A stretch of DNA of 64,000 nucleotides, taken from the NCBI GenBank assembly GCA_963850905.1, contig CAWKMU010000003.1, positions 2,848,001 to 2,912,000 of the forward strand. Reading direction: 5' to 3'. The stretch's first letter is position 1; every line of letters begins with the position of its first letter. The position numbers were made by a program, and so were the translations under genes. Of the stretch, positions 9,695-19,715 are shown piece by piece. The stretch comes from an uncultured Gemmatimonadales bacterium. GTDB taxonomy: Bacteria > Gemmatimonadota > Gemmatimonadetes > Gemmatimonadales > Gemmatimonadaceae. The notes under the pieces are model-generated. The model worked only from the letters and a program-made list of their open reading frames with translations, was not told the origin of the DNA and made no database searches.

Positions 9695-10666
9695 TTGACT
9701 GACTTCGCCGGGGCGTGGGACAGTACGTACCACGCCCCGGCGCTCGTTCGGGAAGTGGTGGATTCGCTTGGTGGCACCGGCACGGTGCTCGACGGGACGC
9801 TGGGGGGCGGAGGACACGCAGGCGCCTTGTTGGCGGCCGGAGTGCGGGTCGACGGTATCGACCGCGATCCCGACGCCGTAGCTGCCGCACTCGCACGACT
9901 CGCGGACGCGGCCCGCTCTGGACGATTTCGCGCTTTCGTCGCCAACTTTGCCGCGCTGGATCAGGTGCCGGCGCTCGAAGGCCTGCGGTACACTGGAGTG
10001 TTGCTGGATCTTGGCGTGTCATCCCACCAACTCGATGATCCCGCCCGCGGGTTCTCGTTCCGACGCGGCGAACCGCTCGACATGAGAATGAGTGGCTCCC
10101 GCACCACTGAAGCCCAAGGCGAAGGGCCAGGGGCCCCGGGAACCATGGCGGCTGACTTGCTCAACACGGCCGGCGAAGGCGAACTGGCCACGATGTTTCG
10201 CGAATTCGCGGACGAACCCAAAGCGGCGAGGCTCGCCCGGACGATCGTCCACCGTCGCGCGAGGCAGCCGCTCGCGACTAGCGACGATCTGGTCGATGCC
10301 ATCCGCGCTGCGTTGGGGGCCCGGAGTGGGCCACCCGATTTCGCGCGGTTGTTTCAGGCGGTCCGAATGGCGGTCAATGACGAACGCCACGCGCTGGAGA
10401 CGGCGCTGCCGGCGATCCGGGATCGATTGTTCCCAGGTGGCCGGCTGGCCGTGATCGCCTACCACTCGGGCGAGGACCGCATCGTCAAGCATGCGTTCCG
10501 TGAGTGGAGCGCCTGTCGCTGCCCGCCTCGCCAACCGATGTGCACCTGTGGCGGCCCGCTGGGGCACGTGTTGACCCGCCGCCCCCTGGTCGCGAACGCT
10601 GGCGAGATCGAGCAAAACCCGCGCGCGCGGAGTGCGAAGCTCCGCATCTGGGAGCGCGCGGCATGA
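9695..10666 (+). CDS. rsmH: 16S rRNA m4C1402 methyltransferase RsmH (MraW)
   Basis: YHAPAL, DGTLGGGGH, LLDLGVSSHQLD, PLDMRM, YHSGEDRIVK and NPRARSAKLR motifs; TTG start after GAGGT. Confidence 0.95.
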   Translation: MTDFAGAWDSTYHAPALVREVVDSLGGTGTVLDGTLGGGGHAGALLAAGVRVDGIDRDPDAVAAALARLADAARSGRFRAFVANFAALDQVPALEGLRYTGVLLDLGVSSHQLDDPARGFSFRRGEPLDMRMSGSRTTEAQGEGPGAPGTMAADLLNTAGEGELATMFREFADEPKAARLARTIVHRRARQPLATSDDLVDAIRAALGARSGPPDFARLFQAVRMAVNDERHALETALPAIRDRLFPGGRLAVIAYHSGEDRIVKHAFREWSACRCPPRQPMCTCGGPLGHVLTRRPLVANAGEIEQNPRARSAKLRIWERAA

Positions 10667-10968
10667 CGCCGTCCGTCAGGGCAAAGTCGCGCGCGCGCGG
10701 TCGGTCGATCGTCGCCGCGGTGCTCGTCGGATTCGTCATTGTCGCGACCGCCGTCATCTGGCGACGCGGCTACGGCGTTACCCGGGCGGAGGACATGCGC
10801 GCAATGATGCGCCAACGGGACCAGTTGAAGGCCGAGCGGACCTCACTCGAGCGACGGATTGGTCAACTGACCGGGCGCGCGGAGTTGGGAGGCGTCGCCG
10901 AGCAGCGGCTCGAGATGCACGTGCCGGCGGATAGCCAGGTCGTGGTGCTTCCAAGGGCTGGACGTTAG
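10663..10968 (+). CDS. ftsL: Cell division protein FtsL-like
   Basis: Lies between rsmH and ftsI with an ATGA overlap. Basic N-terminus, one TM helix, coiled coil and C-terminal AEQRLEMHVP...VVVL. Confidence 0.75.
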   Translation: MTPSVRAKSRARGRSIVAAVLVGFVIVATAVIWRRGYGVTRAEDMRAMMRQRDQLKAERTSLERRIGQLTGRAELGGVAEQRLEMHVPADSQVVVLPRAGR

Positions 10969-11106
10969 ACGTCATATGTTAGACGTTGGACGCTAGAGCC
11001 GGACGCTGGAAGGAAACTTCCGGGCCAGCCGCGGTGCATTTTGCTGACCCCGAGGTTTGCGTTCTAGCGTCTAGCGTCCAGCGTCTAACCTCCAACGTCT
11101 AACGTC
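10957..11106. repeat. Two inverted arrays of heptamer GYTRGAC separated by a ~50-bp core
   Basis: Left arm: GCTGGAC GTTAGAC GTCATAT GTTAGAC GTTGGAC GCTAGAG CCGGAC GCTGGAA (10957-11011). Right arm: TTCTAGC GTCTAGC GTCCAGC GTCTAAC CTCCAAC GTCTAAC GTC (11062-11106), the reverse complement. Confidence 0.85.
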
Positions 11107-11112
11107 GATTTG

Positions 11113-13083
11113 GTGCTTCGCCCCACTCGTATCTCTCTCGTTCATGCAGCGCTGCTGGCCTTTGCCGGCGCGCTGATCGCGCGGGCGGCGTACGTGCAGC
11201 TGTGGCAAGGCAGCATGTGGGCGGCGAAGGCAGCGCACGAGCACGTGATGCCGGTTCCTGTCGGCGCGCCCCGAGGACCGATTCTCGACGCGGAGGGGGC
11301 GCCCCTCGCGTTGACACGCGACGTCGTGCAGCTCGGCATTGCGCCGGGGGAAGTGCGGGACCGCACGGCGCTGGCACGCGCGCTGGTGCGCGCGGGCGTC
11401 TCCCTGCCGTGGGTCCGCCGGGCGGTGGATGTCCGTTCGGGATGGTTCGTCGTCCCGACCCGTCTGCTGCCTGGACAGGCCGCGGCCGCGATCGCGATGC
11501 GGGGGGTCCATGCGACGCAGGTGCCCGAACGCGTGCTGCTTGGCCCGCCAGGGGTCGCCGCGGTCGTCGGACATGTGAGCGCCGAGGGCGTGGGGACCGA
11601 CGGCATCGAGGCTGCCCTGGATAGCGTGCTGCGAGGCGACGCTGGCCGCGCCGTGGTTCTGCGTGATGCCCTGGGCCGCACGCTGGAATCCCCGGCCGCC
11701 CAGGCGGCGCCCCTGCAAACAGGCGATGCGGTCGAGCTGACGCTGAACCGCAATCTCCAGGAGATCTGCGAGCGCGCCCTGGACGACGCGGTCGCACGAA
11801 TGGGCGCCACCGGGGGTGACATCGTCGTGCTCGATCCCCAGGACGGATCGATCCTCGCACTCGCCAGCCGGCGACCAGTGGTCGGAGCGGCCGCGGCGAC
11901 GACACTCACCGAGCCGTTCGAGCCGGGATCGACGTTGAAGCCGTTCATCGCGGCGGCCCTCCTGGAGCGCGGACGCGTCTCACCGACGGATGTCGTCGAT
12001 ACGCACGCCGGCCGACTTGTCATCAACGGGCGGACGCTAACCGACACGCACTTCGCGCCGACGATGACGCTCCGCGACGTCATCCGATGGTCGAGCAACG
12101 TCGGGATTGCACAGTTCGCGCAGCGGCTCACCCGGACAGAGGAGTACGAGGCCCTGCGGGACGTCGGGTTCGGCTCGACGACCGGGATTCCCTTTCCGGG
12201 CGAGTCGCCCGGGACCCTTCGCGACCCGACCCATTGGTCGAGCCAGTCGCCGGCATCGTTGGCGATCGGGTACGAGCTCGCGGTGACCCCGCTGCAACTG
12301 GCGTTGGCCTACGGCGCAATCGCAAACGGCGGCGAGCTGCTGGAGCCAGCACTGGTGAACGAGATTCGGTCGCCAGACGGGTTGCTGCTCTACGAGCGCC
12401 ATCGGCGAGTCGCGCGCCGCGTAATGGGCGCCGAGGTTGCGCGGCAACTCCGCGATATTCTGATCGAGACCGTGGCGCACGGCACCGCCACTGGGGCCGG
12501 TCTCCCGTCGTTCGCGGTCGCCGGCAAGACGGGCACGGCACGCCGGGTACAATACGGTGCGGGCTATGGGCGCAACGAATACACGGCCTCGTTCGTCGGT
12601 CTTTTCCCGGGGCGCGATCCTCAATACGTGATTCTCGTGAAGCTGGACAATCCCAAAAGCAGCTATTTCGGCGGGGCGACGGCCGCACCTGTGTCGCGGG
12701 CCATCCTCCAGGCCGCGATCGCCGCGCACGACGCCGCGCTCGACTGGAAGGCGCTCGCCAACAGCCGCCGCGTGTCACTCGTGGACGCGCCCGCTGCCGC
12801 GGCAGCCGCCGGGGATACCGAGACCACTGGACTCGATAGCGCGCTCGCCTCGACCTCGACGCTGGTCACGCTGGGCAGCAAGATGGCGCCGCTGCCCTCA
12901 GCCGCCTCCGCACCCGTGCCGATACCGGACGTGCGTGGCTGGACCCTTCGGTCCGCGGTGCGTGCACTGCACCATGCGGGGTTGCGTGTGGAGATCGTCT
13001 CAGGCGCGCTGGGCTCGACGATTCCGGTCGCCGGTACCGTCGTGAATCCTCACACGCTCGTGCGACTCGGAGACGGGTCGTGA
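11113..13083 (+). CDS. ftsI: Septal peptidoglycan transpeptidase FtsI (PBP3) with C-terminal PASTA-like domain
   Basis: RGPILD, GIE, FEPGSTLK (SxxK), WSSNVG (SxN), GKTGTA (KTG) and PDVRG PASTA motifs. Start is TTG 11110 or GTG 11113. Confidence 0.93.
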   Translation: MLRPTRISLVHAALLAFAGALIARAAYVQLWQGSMWAAKAAHEHVMPVPVGAPRGPILDAEGAPLALTRDVVQLGIAPGEVRDRTALARALVRAGVSLPWVRRAVDVRSGWFVVPTRLLPGQAAAAIAMRGVHATQVPERVLLGPPGVAAVVGHVSAEGVGTDGIEAALDSVLRGDAGRAVVLRDALGRTLESPAAQAAPLQTGDAVELTLNRNLQEICERALDDAVARMGATGGDIVVLDPQDGSILALASRRPVVGAAAATTLTEPFEPGSTLKPFIAAALLERGRVSPTDVVDTHAGRLVINGRTLTDTHFAPTMTLRDVIRWSSNVGIAQFAQRLTRTEEYEALRDVGFGSTTGIPFPGESPGTLRDPTHWSSQSPASLAIGYELAVTPLQLALAYGAIANGGELLEPALVNEIRSPDGLLLYERHRRVARRVMGAEVARQLRDILIETVAHGTATGAGLPSFAVAGKTGTARRVQYGAGYGRNEYTASFVGLFPGRDPQYVILVKLDNPKSSYFGGATAAPVSRAILQAAIAAHDAALDWKALANSRRVSLVDAPAAAAAAGDTETTGLDSALASTSTLVTLGSKMAPLPSAASAPVPIPDVRGWTLRSAVRALHHAGLRVEIVSGALGSTIPVAGTVVNPHTLVRLGDGS

Positions 13084-14588
13084 TCGATGGAATGCAGTCG
13101 CCTGGTGGCGCTTCTACCACTCGGGCGCTATCAGCTGAGGCGATCGGCCGCGCCCTGGCCGATGCAGGCCTGCTCGTCGCGCAGCACGGGCAGCTGCCCG
13201 AGCGCTTTTCCAGCGTGAGTGACGACAGTCGGACGGTGCAGCCAGGTGCCCTATTCATCGCTGTACACGGATCGGCTCGCGATGGGCATGACTTTCTCGG
13301 GCCTGCGGAAGTGGCCGGAGCGACGGCCGCTGTCCTCGAGGATCCGCACCGTACGCGGCTTCCGTCGCTCGTCGTGCGCGAAGGGCGGGCGGCCGCCGCG
13401 CTGGTGGCAGCAGCCGCCTATCGGTTCCCGGCCACGGTGCTCCGTCGTGCGATCGGGGTGACAGGTACGAACGGGAAGAGCACGACGGTCAGCCTGCTCC
13501 GACACCTCTTCGATGCGCCGGAGGCGCCCGCGGCGTCTATCGGGACGGTCGGGGTATTCGTCGGGTCGGCGGGTCGAGCCCTCGACGGCGGCGGCGGGCT
13601 GACCACGCCCGGACCGATCGAGCTCCAGCGCATCATCCGCGAGCTGGTCGATCAGGGCGTGCGGACGCTTGCGCTGGAGGCGTCCTCCCATAGTCTCGAC
13701 CAGCAGCGCATCGGAAGCATCGCGTTCGACGCCGCGATTTTCACCAACCTGACACGCGACCATTTGGACTACCACCGCACGATGGAGGCGTACCTCGCCG
13801 CGAAGGCCCAGCTCTTGACGTATTTACGTCCCGGGGGCGTCGCGGTGGTCAACGTGGACGATCCGGCATGGCGGGCATTGCCCGCAACGGCGCAAACGGT
13901 GCGATTTTCCGCGCTGAGTCAGGATGCCGATGTACGCGCGCTCGACGTGCACTTCGGTCCGCGCGGCAGCACGTGGCAACTGGCAATCGGAGCGGGACCG
14001 TGCTACCCTGTGCGCCTTCCGCTCATCGGAGACTTCAACGTGGCAAATGCGCTGGGCGCGGCGGCGGCGGCGTGGGCACTCGGACTCTCACCGGAGCAGA
14101 TTGCCCTGCGTTTGTCTGACGTTCCCCAGGTGCCGGGCCGACTGGAGGTGCTGCACGAGCATCCGATGGTGCTGCGGGACTATGCACACACGCCGGATGC
14201 GCTCGAACGCGCGCTCGAAGCGGTCGGGCCGTTCGTGCAGGGCCGCGTGATCGTGGTATTCGGTGCAGGAGGGGACCGAGACCGGGGCAAACGGCCACAG
14301 ATGGGCGCCATCGCCGACAGGCTTGCCGACATCGTCATCTTGACCAGCGACAATCCGCGCACCGAAGATCCAGAGCGCATTCTCGATGACATCGAAGAGG
14401 GCATGTCGGGACCGCGCGAACGCATCGAGGATCGAGAGCGGGCAGTCTTGCGCGCGTTGGAGCTGGCGAAGCCGGCTGACCTCGTGTTGTTGGCGGGGAA
14501 GGGGCACGAGACGTATCAGGTGCGAGGCACGACGAACGTCCCGTTCGACGAGCAGTCGATCGTGCGCACCGCGTTCGCGTCCAGGTGA
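13080..14588 (+). CDS. murE: UDP-MurNAc-tripeptide synthetase MurE (meso-DAP type)
   Basis: GVTGTNGKST, LTTP, EASSH, NLTRDHLDYH, DYAHTPD, GDRD and DNPR (DAP specificity) motifs. Confidence 0.96.
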   Translation: MIDGMQSPGGASTTRALSAEAIGRALADAGLLVAQHGQLPERFSSVSDDSRTVQPGALFIAVHGSARDGHDFLGPAEVAGATAAVLEDPHRTRLPSLVVREGRAAAALVAAAAYRFPATVLRRAIGVTGTNGKSTTVSLLRHLFDAPEAPAASIGTVGVFVGSAGRALDGGGGLTTPGPIELQRIIRELVDQGVRTLALEASSHSLDQQRIGSIAFDAAIFTNLTRDHLDYHRTMEAYLAAKAQLLTYLRPGGVAVVNVDDPAWRALPATAQTVRFSALSQDADVRALDVHFGPRGSTWQLAIGAGPCYPVRLPLIGDFNVANALGAAAAAWALGLSPEQIALRLSDVPQVPGRLEVLHEHPMVLRDYAHTPDALERALEAVGPFVQGRVIVVFGAGGDRDRGKRPQMGAIADRLADIVILTSDNPRTEDPERILDDIEEGMSGPRERIEDRERAVLRALELAKPADLVLLAGKGHETYQVRGTTNVPFDEQSIVRTAFASR

Positions 14589-16042
14589 GCGACGAGTTGC
14601 TGCGCCCGGCTGGTGCGCCGGGCTTCTGGACACTGAGCCGGGTGGCGGCCGCGCTCGACGGCGGCGCGGCCGGCGCACATGGCAACGGGACCGCACGCAC
14701 TGGTGTCCGCAATCGATGGGTCGGTGCCGATCGCGCCGTCCGGGCCGTGGCGACGGACAGCCGAACCGTGGAAAACGGTGATGTGTTCGTCGCGCTGACC
14801 GGCGATCGCTTCGATGGGCATGATTTCCTCGTCGCCGCAGTCGCGCGCGGCGCGGCCGCTGTCGTCGTCAGCCGGCCGGAACGCGCGGCTGGGCTTGGCG
14901 TGCCGGTCTTCGCCGTCGACGACACGACCAGCGCGCTCGCGGATTTGGCGCGTTTTCGACGCCGTGCGTGGGGGAAGCCCGTCGTGGCGATCGCCGGGTC
15001 GAATGGCAAAACGAGCACGAAGGAGCTGCTGCGGGCCGCCCTGGGCTCCGTCCTCGAGGTCCACGCTACATCGGGGAACTACAACAACCAGGTCGGCGTC
15101 CCGCTCACACTGCTGGCCATTCCTGACGCCGCCGACGTCGCCATAGTGGAGCTGGGGACGAACGCGCCGGGAGAAGTCGCCAGCCTCACGGCCATCGCCG
15201 AGCCGGATATTGCGGTCGTCACCTCCATCGGCGAAGAGCATCTCGAAGGATTCGGCGACATCGCCGGGGTGCTGGCCGAGGAATCCTCCGTATTTCACGG
15301 TGTCGGTCTGGCAGTGGTGCCGGCCGACGAGACGGACCTGACCGCCCTGGCCCGGGTGCGAAGCGTGCAAGTCGTGACGGCTGGGCTGGGCGCAGGCGAC
15401 GTCCGGGCGACGACTTGGCGCGTCGACCCGGCAGGATGTGGCGAGCTCGAGATCGATGGCGTGCAGGTGCGCGTGCCGCTCCGCGGACTTCACAATCTTC
15501 GCAACGCGATGCTGGCGCTCGCAGTTGCGCGAGCCTGTGGCATCGACCTCGCCACGTCCGGGCGCGGACTGGCGGAAACCGCACAGCCTGCGATGCGCTC
15601 GTCCTGGGAGTCGTTGGGAGAGGTCACGCTGATCAATGACGCGTACAACGCGAATCCGCCGTCCGTTCGCGCTGCACTGGCCTTGCTCGACGCCGTTGGC
15701 CCGGGGCGCCAGCGAGTCCTCGTCCTCGGCACGATGCGCGAGCTTGGTGCCGCGTCCGACCGGCTCCACGGGGACATTGCCCGCCTCGCACTCCAATCGT
15801 CGTTCGAGGTAGTGGCCGGCGTCGGGGCGTTTGCGGATGCTCTGGGCGCCATCGGCGCGGCGGACCCGCGTGTCATCACGGCTCGCGACGTCGACGACCT
15901 CTGGCCTGCGCTTCAACCTCGGCTTGCACCAAACGCCATCATTCTCCTCAAAGCCTCGCGAGGCGTTCGACTCGAACGCCTCGTTCCACCCCTGACCGAC
16001 TGGATTAACTCGTCGTGCTCTACCACTTCCTCGTCCCGCTGA
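14585..16042 (+). CDS. murF: UDP-MurNAc-tripeptide--D-Ala-D-Ala ligase MurF
   Basis: TDSR, FDGHDF, GSNGKTSTKE, NYNNQVGVP, NDAYNANP and LKASRG motifs. Confidence 0.95.
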   Translation: MSDELLRPAGAPGFWTLSRVAAALDGGAAGAHGNGTARTGVRNRWVGADRAVRAVATDSRTVENGDVFVALTGDRFDGHDFLVAAVARGAAAVVVSRPERAAGLGVPVFAVDDTTSALADLARFRRRAWGKPVVAIAGSNGKTSTKELLRAALGSVLEVHATSGNYNNQVGVPLTLLAIPDAADVAIVELGTNAPGEVASLTAIAEPDIAVVTSIGEEHLEGFGDIAGVLAEESSVFHGVGLAVVPADETDLTALARVRSVQVVTAGLGAGDVRATTWRVDPAGCGELEIDGVQVRVPLRGLHNLRNAMLALAVARACGIDLATSGRGLAETAQPAMRSSWESLGEVTLINDAYNANPPSVRAALALLDAVGPGRQRVLVLGTMRELGAASDRLHGDIARLALQSSFEVVAGVGAFADALGAIGAADPRVITARDVDDLWPALQPRLAPNAIILLKASRGVRLERLVPPLTDWINSSCSTTSSSR

Positions 16043-17157
16043 CGAGATCGATCAGGGTCTTCAATCTCTTCAACTACATCACGTTCAGGGCGGCAGGCGC
16101 GTTCGTCACATCGCTGCTCGTCGCATTCACGCTGGGGCCCGCGATCGTCCGGCGACTCCGCGACATGTCCGTCAACCAGGTCGTGCGGGAAGGCACACCC
16201 GACACGCACCAGCGGAAGCAGAACACGCCCACCATGGGCGGTCTCATCATCCTGGCCGCGACGCTCGTGCCGACGCTGCTGTGGACCCGACTCGACAATC
16301 GCTACGTTTCGCTCGCGCTCGCGGTCATGGTGTGGATGGGGGCCATCGGATTTCTGGATGACTATCTCAAGCTTCGCCAGCGACGGAACGGCGAGAAGAA
16401 TCGCGGCCTCGTCGAGCGATACAAGCTCGCCGGCCAGATCACGATCGGCGTCGCCCTCGGTTGGTATCTGTGGCGCTTCCCGATCTCGACGCTGCCGGGG
16501 GCCTCGACCACGCTGCCGTTCTTCAAGTACGTCCTCGTGGTGCCTGCTGCGGCCTGGCTGGCGTGGATCTACGTGCCCTTCGTCACGTTCGTGCTGACCG
16601 GCGTGAGCAATGCCGTGAACCTGACCGACGGCCTCGACGGCCTCGCAGCGGGGTTGACGGCGATCGCCGCGCTCACCTTTGCCGTGTTCGCATACGTCAT
16701 CGGCCGCGTGGACACGAGCACGTACCTCGAGATCTATTATCTGCGTGGGGCGGGCGAGCTCGCCGTCTTTTGCGCCGCCATGTTCGGGGCCACCCTCGGG
16801 TTTCTGTGGTTCAACGCACACCCGGCGGAAGTGTTCATGGGAGACACCGGATCGCTGGCGCTGGGCGGGGCCCTCGGCGCCATCGCGATCCTGCTCAAGT
16901 CCGAGTTCCTCCTGCTGCTCATCGGCGGGGTCTTCGTGGCAGAAACGATCTCGGTCATCCTGCAGCGGAGCGTCTTCAAGTTTCGTCGGCGTCGGCATGG
17001 TCTCGAGTACGCGCAGACGCATCGTGTGTTTCTCCGTGCGCCGCTGCACCACCACTTCGAGCTGCTCGGGTGGCCCGAAACCCAGGTCGTCGTCCGCTTC
17101 TGGATCTTGGGCATCCTGTTCGCAACGCTCGCCCTCAGCACGCTCAAGCTGAGGTAA
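16015..17157 (+). CDS. mraY: Phospho-N-acetylmuramoyl-pentapeptide transferase MraY
   Basis: TPTMGG, GFLDDY, NAVNLTDGLDGL, VFMGDTGS and APLHHHFE motifs. Confidence 0.97.
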   Translation: MLYHFLVPLTRSIRVFNLFNYITFRAAGAFVTSLLVAFTLGPAIVRRLRDMSVNQVVREGTPDTHQRKQNTPTMGGLIILAATLVPTLLWTRLDNRYVSLALAVMVWMGAIGFLDDYLKLRQRRNGEKNRGLVERYKLAGQITIGVALGWYLWRFPISTLPGASTTLPFFKYVLVVPAAAWLAWIYVPFVTFVLTGVSNAVNLTDGLDGLAAGLTAIAALTFAVFAYVIGRVDTSTYLEIYYLRGAGELAVFCAAMFGATLGFLWFNAHPAEVFMGDTGSLALGGALGAIAILLKSEFLLLLIGGVFVAETISVILQRSVFKFRRRRHGLEYAQTHRVFLRAPLHHHFELLGWPETQVVVRFWILGILFATLALSTLKLR

Positions 17158-17159
17158 CC

Positions 17160-18518
17160 GTGACGCTCGGCGCCGACGTCGCCGTCATCGGGCTCGGTGT
17201 GAGTGGCCACGCTGTGGCCACACTGCTCGCCCGCGAGGGGATGCGGGTCTACGCGTCGGACGCGCTCGACAGTGAGTCGATCCGAGGCACTGCGGCCGCC
17301 TTGCAGCGTACAGGCGTCGAGGTCGACGTCGGCCGCCACGATCTCGCACGCATCCGCAACGCGGCGCGGGTCGTCGTAAGCCCGGGCGTCCCACCGGACG
17401 CGCCGGCGATGGCCGCCGCCCGGGCGGCCGGCGTGCCGGTCGTGTCCGAGATCGAGGTTGCGCTCGCGCATCTTCCAGGGGTGCGCTACATCGCCGTGAC
17501 GGGCACCAACGGGAAAACGACGACGACGGCGCTGGTGGGACACCTCCTCCGCGCGCTTGGGCGCGACGCCGTTGATGCCGGCAATATCGGACTTCCGCTA
17601 TCGGCAGTCGCGCTGCGCGACCAGCGTCCGGAGTGGGTCGCGCTGGAACTCTCGTCCTTTCAGCTTCATGATACTCCGAGTATTGATCCGACCGTTGGTG
17701 TGCTGACGAACCTGAGCCCGGATCACCTCGATCGCTATGCGAGCACGGAGGCCTACTACGCGGACAAGGCGCTGCTGTTCGCCAACGCCGGGCAGAGATC
17801 CGTCACGGTGACCAACGCCGACGATGCTGCCGCGCGAGCCATGGGCGTGCGCGCTCCGGGTCGCCATTACCTGTTCTCGGTCGACGGGAACGACGCTGAC
17901 GCCGGGTACGTGCGTGCATCGCGCGAACTGAACCTGCTGGCGCAGCCGCTGCTGTCGCGCTCCACATTCCCGTTGCTGGGCGACCACAACGTCGCGAACG
18001 CGCTGGCGGCCGCCCTCGCGGTCACGGTCGCGGATGAGTCGCACCGGCAGCCAAGCGCCCGCGTGCGCATCGCGAGCGCGCTGGAGACATTCCGCGCGTT
18101 GCCCCATCGGCTGCAGCTGATCGGGGAGTACGCTGGCGTACAATGGATCGATGACTCCAAAGCGACAAACGTGAGCTCGGCGCGGGTCGCGCTCGAGAGC
18201 ATGAGCCGGCCGACAATCGCCCTGTTGGGCGGACGCCATAAGGGCGAGCCGTATACGGCGCTCGCGGAGCCTCTCCAACGGACCGGCAAGCTCGTCCTGG
18301 CGTACGGGGAAGCGGGCCCGATCATCCAGAAGGACCTCGGTGGCTTGGTGCCACTGGAGCGGTTGGGATTCGATTTCGCCGCGGTCGTTGCCCGGGCTCG
18401 CGCGGTGGCGGCCCCCGGGGATGTCGTGCTCCTGGCGCCAGCGTGCTCGAGCTTCGACATGTTCCGCAACTACGGGGAACGCGGAGACACGTTCTCGCGG
18501 CTGGCGGCGCTCGCTTGA
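17160..18518 (+). CDS. murD: UDP-MurNAc-L-Ala--D-Glu ligase MurD
   Basis: GLGVSG, VSPG, TGTNGKTTT, ELSSFQL, DHLDRY, DDSKATN and APACSSFDMF motifs. Confidence 0.96.
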   Translation: MTLGADVAVIGLGVSGHAVATLLAREGMRVYASDALDSESIRGTAAALQRTGVEVDVGRHDLARIRNAARVVVSPGVPPDAPAMAAARAAGVPVVSEIEVALAHLPGVRYIAVTGTNGKTTTTALVGHLLRALGRDAVDAGNIGLPLSAVALRDQRPEWVALELSSFQLHDTPSIDPTVGVLTNLSPDHLDRYASTEAYYADKALLFANAGQRSVTVTNADDAAARAMGVRAPGRHYLFSVDGNDADAGYVRASRELNLLAQPLLSRSTFPLLGDHNVANALAAALAVTVADESHRQPSARVRIASALETFRALPHRLQLIGEYAGVQWIDDSKATNVSSARVALESMSRPTIALLGGRHKGEPYTALAEPLQRTGKLVLAYGEAGPIIQKDLGGLVPLERLGFDFAAVVARARAVAAPGDVVLLAPACSSFDMFRNYGERGDTFSRLAALA

Positions 18519-19705
18519 TGCGGGGCCGCAAGACGGATTACCGCCCTGCGCACATTCGCGAGCGATGGCGCATGAGCGTCGAGGCACGCGCCCTCGTGTT
18601 GGTGACCGCGGCCCTGTTGGCGTTTGGCCTGGCGGTGATGTATAGCGCGAGCGCAATCGTGGCAGTCGATACGGGCCACAGCAGCGCCTATTACTTCGTG
18701 CGGCAGCTCGCCGGAATCGCCGCGGGGATCGTTGCCTTCGCGGTCGCGGCAAAGATGGACGCCGAGCGCTGGTCGCGCTGGGCATGGCCGCTCATGGGCG
18801 TCAGTCTGGCGCTGATGCTGATTGTAGTGCTGCCCTTCACGCAATCAATCGCCCCGCGAATTCACGGGTCGAGGCGGTTCCTGTTTGGTGCATCGGTGCA
18901 GCCCTCCGAGCTCGCGAAGCTGGCCGTTGTGGTGTGGACGGCCATGCTCGTCGTCCGGAAAGGCGATGCCCTTCGCGGCCTGACGAAAGGCGTCCTGCCG
19001 TTCATCGTCGTCGTGGGTGCGCTCGATATTCTGGCGGCGCTCGAACCGGACCTTTCGACAGCCATGCTCTATACGCTGCTCATGGCGATCGTTCTCTTCT
19101 CGGGTGGCGTCCGGATCGGTCACTTTCTCCTGCTCGGCGTCTTGTCCATCCCGGTGCTGTGGCATGAGGCGGAACGGCTCCACTATGTGCTGTTGCGCAC
19201 GATCTCGTTCTTCGATCCCGGTCGAGCACCAGCCGAGGTGGGGTACCAGCTCCGCCAATCGCTCATTGCAGTGGGATCGGGCCGTCTCATCGGCGTCGGG
19301 TTCGGTCAGGGGCGACAGCAATACGGCTTTCTCCCGTTCCCTTTCAACGACTTCGTCGCGAGCAACATCGGCGAGGAGTGGGGATTCGTCGGGCTCCTGA
19401 CGCTCGTGTTGACCTTCGCGGCCTACGGGTGGCTGGGGTTTCGTATCGCCCGCGAGGCGCGATCGCCCTTCCAGCAGCTGTTGGCGATCGGCTTGACGGT
19501 CACCACGCTCATTACCGCATACCTGCACGTGGGGGTGGTGATCGGACTGCTCCCGACCACCGGGCTGACCCTGCCATTTATCTCGTATGGGCGATCGAAC
19601 CTCGTGCTCTCACTGCTCATGACGGGCATTCTGATCAACATCGGCAGTGTGCGTGAACGCGTGGTGGGAGCGCACGCCACCGATCCTCACGCGATCGCCC
19701 GCTGA
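18518..19705 (+). CDS. ftsW: SEDS peptidoglycan glycosyltransferase FtsW
   Basis: VMYSAS, QPSELAK, EPDLST, GYQLRQS, IGEEWG and PTTGLTLPFISYG motifs; TGATG coupling to murD. Confidence 0.95.
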   Translation: MRGRKTDYRPAHIRERWRMSVEARALVLVTAALLAFGLAVMYSASAIVAVDTGHSSAYYFVRQLAGIAAGIVAFAVAAKMDAERWSRWAWPLMGVSLALMLIVVLPFTQSIAPRIHGSRRFLFGASVQPSELAKLAVVVWTAMLVVRKGDALRGLTKGVLPFIVVVGALDILAALEPDLSTAMLYTLLMAIVLFSGGVRIGHFLLLGVLSIPVLWHEAERLHYVLLRTISFFDPGRAPAEVGYQLRQSLIAVGSGRLIGVGFGQGRQQYGFLPFPFNDFVASNIGEEWGFVGLLTLVLTFAAYGWLGFRIAREARSPFQQLLAIGLTVTTLITAYLHVGVVIGLLPTTGLTLPFISYGRSNLVLSLLMTGILINIGSVRERVVGAHATDPHAIAR

Positions 19706-19715
19706 CCGATCGCCC

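Noticed and set aside
10957..11106. CRISPR array or IS terminal repeats
   Set aside because: The units are 7 nt and tandem, with no unique spacers; there is no cas or transposase gene in the window.
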